Positions 8,909 through 15,566 of a stretch of DNA of 64,000 bases are shown here, in pieces. Positions within the stretch are counted from its first letter, which is position 1. Every line of letters starts with the position of its first letter. The notes beneath the pieces were generated by a model. It ran no database searches. It saw nothing but the letters and a program-made list of their open reading frames with translations, and was not told the origin of the DNA. The stretch comes from a virus (Duplodnaviria > Caudoviricetes), in the IMG/VR virus record IMGVR_UViG_3300030433_001358, positions 1 to 64,000 of that record; one strand, 5' to 3'. A program made the position numbers and the translations under genes.

Positions 8909-9076
8909 ATGAAACCGTTTCTACCTGTATGGGCTAAAGATGGGAATCAAGTGTTGAGTATGGTGGAGGATATATTTGTTGATCGTCTTGGTAATCAAGC
9001 TCTGATTGAATATGTCTATTGGAAAGATAAGAAAGGTAAGCAGCACAAATCAGTTGCATGGGTGAGGTGGGAATGA
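8909..9076 (+). CDS. 55-aa hypothetical protein (not in the ORF track)
   Basis: GAGGAGG SD, MKPFLPVWAKDG...VRWE; ATGA overlap with the next gene. Confidence 0.6.
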   Translation: MKPFLPVWAKDGNQVLSMVEDIFVDRLGNQALIEYVYWKDKKGKQHKSVAWVRWE

Positions 9077-9297
9077 ATAATTATATCAAAGAGAAGTGTT
9101 TCATCTCTAAACTCCTTGGCATTAGTCAGAGACGTATTGAAATTGATGACCAACATCCCTGTCCAGAAACAGTAATCTTTATTGATGGAACGTATCACGG
9201 CTATCTGGATCAAGAGTTCTATGATTTTATGGAACACGGATTAGACCCGCATGGAGATTTTAAAGACTGGATTGATGAGTGGAGGACTACTGGATGA
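9073..9297 (+). CDS. hypothetical protein
   Basis: Start reassigned to the ATG overlapping the previous stop. Confidence 0.65.
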   Translation: MNNYIKEKCFISKLLGISQRRIEIDDQHPCPETVIFIDGTYHGYLDQEFYDFMEHGLDPHGDFKDWIDEWRTTG

Positions 9298-9530
9298 ACA
9301 AGAAATCAATTGATGCTGTAAGAGCCTCTAATAGGCTTTCTGGAGTTGAAATCAGTGAGGATATGGGTAAGCACCTCCAAGACCTAGAAGATGGTGTAGT
9401 GGAGCTATCTGAGGTGATTGCGGAGCGTAAAGCGCACTATGCTAAACCAAATAATCTATCTGTTGACGATGCATTTGATTTGGTGTATGGGAGATATGTA
9501 GATACATTTGAGAAACTATCGGAGGAGTAA
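9294..9530 (+). CDS. putative VbhA-like/Phd-like antitoxin mimic
   Basis: GGAGG SD, ATG at 9294; ASNRLSG resembles the VbhA SxxLEG helix; C-terminal helix is in register with the P1 Phd C-terminus. Confidence 0.5.
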   Translation: MNKKSIDAVRASNRLSGVEISEDMGKHLQDLEDGVVELSEVIAERKAHYAKPNNLSVDDAFDLVYGRYVDTFEKLSEE

Positions 9531-9967
9531 TGAACATTATAAAGAACTATCTGTTTGCAAGGACTATCTGTAAGAAGTATGGTTATAAGCTGAAGTTGCA
9601 TTTGGATGCTGGTAGTGCATGGGCTGTGTTCAATGAGTATACAGGAGTACGAGAGATTCATATTAGCTTGTTTGATCGCTACTTCAAACAGACGTTCTTA
9701 CATGAGCTTTCACATCTCCGTAGCTTTACACGGATGGAGAATCGTGGACAGAGTTCTTGTGATGCAATGGAAAATCCTATCCTTCGTTTTACAGAAGAAT
9801 CTAGAGCATGGTTGTTTGCTAAACGTATCTTGAAGGGTGAGTATGATTCAGAAGAGAGTAAGGATTGCCTGTTGAGTTATAGTCACTGGCACTATCACAA
9901 ACAAGTGAAGCCTATGATGGTGAGTGAATATACAGATAATTTTGTTAAATGTATGCGGAGGGTGTGA
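9530..9967 (+). CDS. putative zinc metallopeptidase (ImmA/IrrE-like)
   Basis: FLHELSH (HExxH) plus downstream EESRAW third-ligand-like motif. Confidence 0.6.
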   Translation: MNIIKNYLFARTICKKYGYKLKLHLDAGSAWAVFNEYTGVREIHISLFDRYFKQTFLHELSHLRSFTRMENRGQSSCDAMENPILRFTEESRAWLFAKRILKGEYDSEESKDCLLSYSHWHYHKQVKPMMVSEYTDNFVKCMRRV

Positions 9968-10167
9968 TGGATTTTGAGAAGTGCATAAACGCATTATATG
10001 AGTCTAAAGGGAATACTTACACGTTAAAAGAAGCATTATAATGCCCTACACGGTGGGGAGCATATTGTTTTTAGAGTCTCTGGTAGATTTTGACTTTGAT
10101 AATGCACTTACGTTGGACCAGCTTCCAGAATCATTGCAAAATAAATTACAATTAGTTTCTAAAACTA

Positions 10168-10197
10168 TTGACTTTTGAAGATTTGTCATGCTATAAT
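10168..10197 (+). promoter_or_regulatory. sigma70-type promoter, extended -10
   Basis: TTGACT, 18-nt spacer, TGcTATAAT. Confidence 0.65.
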
Positions 10198-10236
10198 GTA
10201 TTTACTAACTGAGAATAATAACAAAGAGAAACACTT

Positions 10237-10446
10237 ATGGAACTACGATGCAAAGCATGTGACATTAAACTTACGGGGGATGACTTCTTCATCAAGAAAC
10301 ATGAAGATACCGATGAAGATGAAGACCTCTGCTCTACTTGCCGAGATGTTGTATTTTCGGGAGATGATATTGATACCCGAGAATATGCTTTTGAAGATTT
10401 AACAGAAATTACTAATATTATACGAAAAAGCCTTTACAAAGCATAG
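10237..10446 (+). CDS. small Zn-finger-like protein
   Basis: CKAC...CSTC. Confidence 0.65.
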   Translation: MELRCKACDIKLTGDDFFIKKHEDTDEDEDLCSTCRDVVFSGDDIDTREYAFEDLTEITNIIRKSLYKA

Positions 10447-10461
10447 TATTCATGTTATAAT
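10433..10461 (+). promoter_or_regulatory. sigma70-type promoter, extended -10
   Basis: TTTACA (10433-38), 17-nt spacer, TGtTATAAT (10456-61). Confidence 0.7.
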
Positions 10462-10467
10462 ATTAGT

Positions 10468-10594
10468 ATAAGAATGAAAAATTATATAACTTTTCCTCCT
10501 AACGTGCTTTGCACGTCCTCCCAAGTCTACGAGATAGGGGTTCCTCCTCCTTCCCTCTATTTTGTAGCAGAGCACTTTAAACAGTGCTCTTTTT
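10468..10594 (+). ncRNA. candidate sRNA of about 127 nt with repeated CCUCCU (anti-SD) motifs
   Basis: Bounded by a promoter and a terminator, no convincing ORF, two internal hairpins, CCTCCT at 10495, 10543 and 10546. Confidence 0.45.
10569..10594 (+). terminator. intrinsic terminator
   Basis: AGAGCAC/GTGCTCT 7-bp stem followed by a T run. Confidence 0.65.
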
Positions 10595-10670
10595 CATGTG
10601 CATTGAGAAGATACTTGTCTTACAGACAATAGTGCATAGCAGAAAGAGCATTACAACAGAGAATAAGAAT

Positions 10671-11057
10671 ATGGCTGAACGTCCTGTATTTCCAAAAGGC
10701 AACACATTTGCCAAAGACAATAAAAACCCCGCTAAGAAACGTATCCGTAGGTCCAAGCTACGCAAGACACTAGAAAAGCTACATGATCTAGAGCCAAAGG
10801 CTATGGAGAATATTAAGAAAAGCGTAGATGGAGATACGATTGATAAAGAGATGTTGGCTTCCTCTAAGTGGGTGGTTAATAGCTTAGTGACAATGACTAA
10901 AGCAGCTTCTCAAGATGAAGCAGAGCTTAATGGTTTGCGTTGGAAAGCAGATGCTATGGAGAAGGAAGAAGAAGAGAAAGAAAAAGATTCTGAAGAAGAA
11001 ATCACTTCTGCTCGATTTGTTCCTTATCTGGTAGACGATAAAGCTAAGAAACTTTAA
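10671..11057 (+). CDS. putative terminase small subunit
   Basis: N-terminal FPKGN..A...NP motif common in TerS proteins; upstream of terL; start reassigned to ATG 10671. Confidence 0.55.
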   Translation: MAERPVFPKGNTFAKDNKNPAKKRIRRSKLRKTLEKLHDLEPKAMENIKKSVDGDTIDKEMLASSKWVVNSLVTMTKAASQDEAELNGLRWKADAMEKEEEEKEKDSEEEITSARFVPYLVDDKAKKL

Positions 11058-11065
11058 AGATTTGT

Positions 11066-11251
11066 TATTGGTATCCGTAAGAGCAGTTAGCAGAGCTATC
11101 CGGTGTATTGGGCTTCTGCTTGTGGACGGATTGTTGGCACCACAACATTGAAAGCGGAAGAGAGGCTTTAAGCTGATTCTCTATTTTGGGAACCTATCTT
11201 CGTCAAGGGATGGAGTGGAGCTAACCGAAAGTTGCGACTTTCATATCAATA
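11066..11251 (+). ncRNA. candidate multi-branched structured RNA, about 186 nt
   Basis: Closing stem TATTGGTA/TATCAATA; arms TCCGT/ACGGA, TGTTG/CAACA, TGAAAG/CTTTCA. Confidence 0.45.
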
Positions 11252-11318
11252 CATTTAATTGAATTAGATTATTTCAGTACGATCATACTGTACCATCGCT
11301 TTGCAAGTAGGTACACAG

Positions 11319-11402
11319 GATAGACAACTTTATACGACTGATGAGCCAGTGAGATTCTGGTGAAACTGCCTAGTGCAGTCTCGTAGCCTCCTAGTGTCTA
11401 TC
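11319..11402 (+). ncRNA. type I hammerhead ribozyme
   Basis: Complete core: stem I TACGA/TCGTA, CTGATGA (11338-44), stem II GCCAG/CTGGT, GAAA (11362-65), stem III ACTGC/GCAGT, GUC cleavage triplet (11378-80); distal stem I GATAGACA/TGTCTATC. Confidence 0.9.
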
Positions 11403-11647
11403 TAGGTTTGGAGGGTGAGCAAAGCACTAACATAACATATCGTTCTTTAAAAGGTATGTAAAAGAATCAAGCTACGGCTTGGTGTCTTCGTAATTTTGCC
11501 TAGATTCCGAAGCAAGAGGAGAGGGGAGAGATTTTGCTTTCCCACGCCTTATCGCATGGTAGAGTGGCGATGGGGCAAGAATTGTGGTTTAGTAACCAAC
11601 CAAGGTTTAATAGCCAACCCCAACAATAATTTCTAATAGGGGATGAT

Positions 11648-12490
11648 ATGTCGATAATCAGCATACCAAGTAATACATCATATTCAAATCTAAACACACT
11701 ATCCGGTTATCCTGTTGGTAGTGAGTTTATCCTTACTAATAACACATCATCCCCTTTATTCATTATCAGCTCCAGTGTACAACCTTCTCCAGAGGTGTTT
11801 GAGTATCCTGTCAGATCAGGACAAACAGTGATTATTGAAGGTGGTGCTAATCCTTATTGGATTAAAGGTAATACTGGTCCTGTAGTGATTCAGGATGCTA
11901 CGTCTAGTGTCTCTCCTTATTCTATTATAGACCTCCCTGACTATATGTATACAAGTTCTGAACAAGGTTTCAGACGTATGCGTGTTGATGTTGGACAGAC
12001 AGGGTTCTTTGAAGCTAGGGAGTTCCGTACTGTACGGAAAGTTTCAGTTACAGCAGGAACACCTCTGGTATTTAAGTTTGTCTCTAATGTAGATTTCATT
12101 CTATTTGAACAATCCTTGAATTGCAGTGCTGGTGATATTGAGTATTATGCTTGGCGTAGTACACAAGGTACAGAAGGTGGTACATTTACTCCCATCCCTG
12201 TTCAACATATCGCAAAGAATATTAGTGCTACTTATAGAGATTATGGTGGAGACAGGTATCAGTCTCAAGTCTCTATTTCCAGTGGGGGTACATTCACTCC
12301 TACAGACCCTCTTCTTTATGTAGATTACGACAGAGCTAAAACGTCTGGTGCAACAGCTCAACGATCTAGTGTTTCTGGTGGTGATGATACAGTGAGGTTC
12401 TTGGCTGCTGGAACATATTATCTTATTCTTACATCCTTAGATGGTACAAGCGTTGGTAGGTTTGCTATTGCTTGGGAAGAACGTCCATAA
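11648..12490 (+). CDS. hypothetical protein, possibly virion-associated
   Basis: 280-aa Ser/Thr/Gly-rich ORF upstream of the packaging genes. Confidence 0.7.
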   Translation: MSIISIPSNTSYSNLNTLSGYPVGSEFILTNNTSSPLFIISSSVQPSPEVFEYPVRSGQTVIIEGGANPYWIKGNTGPVVIQDATSSVSPYSIIDLPDYMYTSSEQGFRRMRVDVGQTGFFEAREFRTVRKVSVTAGTPLVFKFVSNVDFILFEQSLNCSAGDIEYYAWRSTQGTEGGTFTPIPVQHIAKNISATYRDYGGDRYQSQVSISSGGTFTPTDPLLYVDYDRAKTSGATAQRSSVSGGDDTVRFLAAGTYYLILTSLDGTSVGRFAIAWEERP

Positions 12491-12493
12491 GTA

Positions 12494-12522
12494 TTTACAA
12501 TGTACGATTAGTGCTGTAAAAT
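12494..12522 (+). promoter_or_regulatory. sigma70-type promoter for the HNH-terL unit
   Basis: TTTACA, 17-nt spacer, TAAAAT. Confidence 0.65.
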
Positions 12523-12571
12523 GAATTAGACACGTTGGGAAACGCTCTGTTTAATTTGTGAACCGTAAGTC

Positions 12572-12635
12572 CTCCTATAGAGTTGTCAATGACGGCTACG
12601 GAGGCTGGGCACTCCTTCTAATTTTGTTATAGGAG
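12572..12635 (+). promoter_or_regulatory. RBS-sequestering leader structure of the HNH gene
   Basis: CTCCTATA (12572-79) pairs with TATAGGAG (12628-35), which contains the AGGAG SD; two internal hairpins. Confidence 0.55.
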
Positions 12636-12644
12636 TGATTTATT

Positions 12645-13559
12645 ATGCAAGAAGAAAATAAACCAAGAGGTTTTGTAGACTATACGGGTTTTAAGTCTGG
12701 TAAAGTCACAGTGCTGAGTTTTCACAGTTGGCATGTACAACCTTCTGGACAGCGTAAGTCAAAATGGTTGTGCTCTTGTGAATGCGGTAACGAATTTGTC
12801 GCAATGGGTAGTAATCTCAGGAAGGAAGGCCACACAACGTCTTGTGGTTGTGAGGTGAGAAAGGTTCTTGCCAGACACAGAGAAAGAGTAGCTTCTGGTG
12901 AGTGGATTCCTGAGAAGCTGAACGGTAAGCGTTATGGTCGTCTAACAGTTGTTGGGTTTGAACGGTGGGAACGGATTGCAGAAGATCAGCAAGTTTCTGT
13001 CTGGAAATGCACTTGTGAATGTGGGAATGAGCACATAACTCGCCGGAACAACCTTGGTGAACATTCAAGCTGCGGTTGTTGGTTTAGGGAAAAGATTTCA
13101 GCATCCTCTACAAAACATGGGATGTATGGTACACCAACACATAAATCTTGGACTAAGATGAAGGAACGGTGTTACTTATCTACTTACGAAGAAAAGGATT
13201 ACTATCAAGACAGAGGAATTACTGTTTGTGATCGTTGGTTGGAATCCTTTGAAAACTTCTTAGAAGATATGGGTGAGCGTCCAGAAGGGACGAGTTTGGA
13301 TAGGATTAACCCCAATCTTGGGTACTATAAAGAAAATTGTCGTTGGGCTGACCTGACAACACAGTCTTACAACAGGCGCATGAATACAAACAATACATCA
13401 GGTCGTACAGGTGTCTTTCAATTACGCAACGGTAATTGGCAAGCAATCATAGGTTACTATAAAGAGCGGATTGTTTTAGCATACGACGTGTCTTTTGAGG
13501 AGGCTGTCAAAGCTAGAGAAGACGCAGAACTTAAATATTATGGATGGAATAAGGAATGA
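12645..13559 (+). CDS. free-standing HNH homing endonuclease with AP2-like C-terminus
   Basis: Two W.C.CECG repeats, SLDRINPNLGYYKENCRW HNH motif, C-terminal AP2-like domain. Confidence 0.85.
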   Translation: MQEENKPRGFVDYTGFKSGKVTVLSFHSWHVQPSGQRKSKWLCSCECGNEFVAMGSNLRKEGHTTSCGCEVRKVLARHRERVASGEWIPEKLNGKRYGRLTVVGFERWERIAEDQQVSVWKCTCECGNEHITRRNNLGEHSSCGCWFREKISASSTKHGMYGTPTHKSWTKMKERCYLSTYEEKDYYQDRGITVCDRWLESFENFLEDMGERPEGTSLDRINPNLGYYKENCRWADLTTQSYNRRMNTNNTSGRTGVFQLRNGNWQAIIGYYKERIVLAYDVSFEEAVKAREDAELKYYGWNKE

Positions 13560-13651
13560 ATGAACCCGAGGTAATCGGACCTTCCTCGTCCAAGCAGCAG
13601 TTAATGTTATGTCAAGATGCTGATACTGCGATCCTTGGTGGGGCAATGGGT
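13556..13651 (+). CDS. terL: terminase large subunit, exon 1
   Basis: MNEPEVIGPSSSKQQLMLCQDADTAILGGAMG, joining in frame to SGKS to form Walker A. Confidence 0.85.
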
Positions 13652-13887
13652 TAGTTAGCCGAGGCCCATTTAAAACCGTGTGAATTCAGGGAACATCCTA
13701 ACGGGACGATCCTGAGCCAAGCCCAATATACTTGGGAAGGTGCAACGACTATCCTCTCGGGGAGTACACTCAAGTGAGTGGAAGCGCACGGCACAATTAT
13801 TTGTGATGATATAGTCTAATCTCCCAGTAATGGTGAGCTGCTATTTGATAGCGGGTAAGAATTAACGACTCTTACTGAATATTACTG
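13652..13887 (+). mobile_element. group I intron (IA2-like), ORF-less, 236 nt
   Basis: P1 ATGGGT/GCCCAT with U-G at the 5' splice site; AATTCAGGGAA, ATCCTGAGCCAAGC; P3 CCGTG/CACGG; P7 GACTA/TAGTC; terminal G13887. Confidence 0.9.
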
Positions 13888-14208
13888 TCCGGCAAAAGTT
13901 TCATCTCATTGCTTTACCCATTAAAGTTTGCAGATGACCCCCATTTTCGTGGGGTCATCTTTCGTAAGACAACAGGCGAGATTACAGCCCAAGGTGGCTT
14001 GTGGGAAAACGCTTGTGAAATTTACACTAAGATTTATGGTAATGCTGATGAGCTAAGAAAGCAGGGTAAGAAAGGTGGTGTTAAGATTCATATTAAGGAT
14101 TTAAAAATCACCTTCCCTGCTGGTGGTTCTGTTAAGTTTTCTTTCCTAGAATCATCTAAAGATTTGTTAAAGCATCAAGGTGCTGCTTATACATTCGTGT
14201 TGTTCGAT
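13888..14208 (+). CDS. terL: terminase large subunit, exon 2
   Basis: 107 codons, SGKSFISLLYPLKF...YTFVLFD, ending at the Walker B Asp. Confidence 0.85.
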
Positions 14209-14466
14209 AAAATTTGTCGCCTTGTGTAGTGATGCACATTGAATAACCTCTCTAATTCAGGGGAACTCTCTATCTACAGAGACAATCCTGAGCGAAGCCT
14301 AGAAATAGGAACGTGCAACGACCAGTCGAAAGACGTAAGTTCAAGTGAACTGAAATGGGAGGGGACTTAGTTAATAAGTTCGTGATATGGTCTGAACTTC
14401 TATAGTGATATAGAGATGCAGGTAAGGCTGCTGGTTAAACTTAACGAGTTTAATTGAACGGAATTG
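14209..14466 (+). mobile_element. group I intron (IA2-like), ORF-less, 258 nt
   Basis: P1 CGAT/GTCG with U-G; AATTCAGGGGAA, AATCCTGAGCGAAGC; P3 CCTCTC/GGGAGG; P7 GACCA/TGGTC; terminal G14466. Confidence 0.9.
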
Positions 14467-15555
14467 GAAGCAACACACTTCAGCCGGGAAATGGTTGAAT
14501 ACCTAATTAAGCGTATGCGCTCTGCCCGAGCAAAGCACCAGAAACAGATGGTCCTAACGTGTAACCCCGACCCTGATTGGGAGTGTTTGGAGTGGATCAA
14601 ACCTTATCTCACAGAAGATGGCACACCTAACGAAGAGATGGATGGTAAACTTCGTTATTATGTCGTAGACAATGGTGAATACGTATGGGCCGATAGTAGG
14701 GAAGAACTTGAAGCTATTTATGGTACAGGTACAGACTCTGGTATTCGTAGTTTTACGTTTGTCAGTGCAAACTGTATGGATAACGTCCCACTCATGCGAG
14801 CAGACCCCACATACCTGTCAAACCTGAAAGCTCAACCTTATGTGGACGTTCAGCGCTATCTTTATGGGAACTGGTTTGTAAGGCCATCTGGGGCGTCTAT
14901 GATACGCAGAGAGTGGTTTAAAGAGTGTGATCAAGAACCCCCTTGGACTGAGATTGTAAAGACTGTTAGAGCTTTTGACTTTGCTTTTAAAAAGAAAACA
15001 GATCAATACCCTAACCCTGACTACACAGTTTCTGTAAAGATGAGTAAGTTGAGAGACGGAAGTTACTTTATTCATGACATCAGAAGGACACGAATTCTTC
15101 CGGGTGAGTGGATGACCTTTATCCTTGAATCTGCTATGGAAGATGGTAGTGGGGTTGATATTATTCTCCCACTAGACCCTCAGACAAGATATAGCAATTC
15201 TTTTATTGCAAAGGATTTGTCATCTAAAGGGTTTTATGTAAGGCAGTTTAAGGCTGTTGGTAAGAAGGAAGACAGGTTCAAACCTTTCGCTTCTATTGTT
15301 ATGAACGGCGGCATGAGTATCTTACGTAATTGTGGGACCGACTATGAAAATGGTATCTCCAATGATCTAAACTTCTTTTATAAAGAGCTTGAATCCTATG
15401 ATGGGAGTAGGAGTAGTGGCACCCGTCATGACGACCTCTGTGACGCCTCAGCAGACGCATTTTCTGCTTGTGCGTCAGTAAGGAATATCCCAAGTTTCAT
15501 GGGTGGTCTACAAGCCTCCGATTCCGCATTAAAATCAACAAACCCTTTTAATTAA
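14467..15555 (+). CDS. terL: terminase large subunit, exon 3
   Basis: EATHF completes FVLFDE Walker B; LTCNP motif; nuclease residues FDFA, PDYT, HDDLCDA; spliced product 501 aa. Confidence 0.9.
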   Translation, partial: EATHFSREMVEYLIKRMRSARAKHQKQMVLTCNPDPDWECLEWIKPYLTEDGTPNEEMDGKLRYYVVDNGEYVWADSREELEAIYGTGTDSGIRSFTFVSANCMDNVPLMRADPTYLSNLKAQPYVDVQRYLYGNWFVRPSGASMIRREWFKECDQEPPWTEIVKTVRAFDFAFKKKTDQYPNPDYTVSVKMSKLRDGSYFIHDIRRTRILPGEWMTFILESAMEDGSGVDIILPLDPQTRYSNSFIAKDLSSKGFYVRQFKAVGKKEDRFKPFASIVMNGGMSILRNCGTDYENGISNDLNFFYKELESYDGSRSSGTRHDDLCDASADAFSACASVRNIPSFMGGLQASDSALKSTNPFN

Positions 15556-15566
15556 GAGGAGTAAAG

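Noticed and set aside
9967-10178. Two tiny ORFs (24 aa at 9967-10041 and about 45 aa at 10041-10178)
   Set aside because: Overlapping start/stop junctions suggest they may be real, but they are too short and motif-free to support a call
10468-10594. Minus-strand RsmA/CsrA sponge (GGA-rich reading)
   Set aside because: The promoter, terminator and G-U-compatible pairing all favour the plus strand; no minus-strand promoter noticed
11060-11640. tRNA cluster; GCATGGTAGAG at 11554-64 resembles a D-loop
   Set aside because: No GTTCRA T-loop or cloverleaf found by eye; the motif sits in a simple hairpin
13909-14229. Stand-alone 106-aa gene from the ORF track
   Set aside because: It is terL exon 2 read into intron 2. 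The 14464 TTG start of the next ORF is likewise the intron end.
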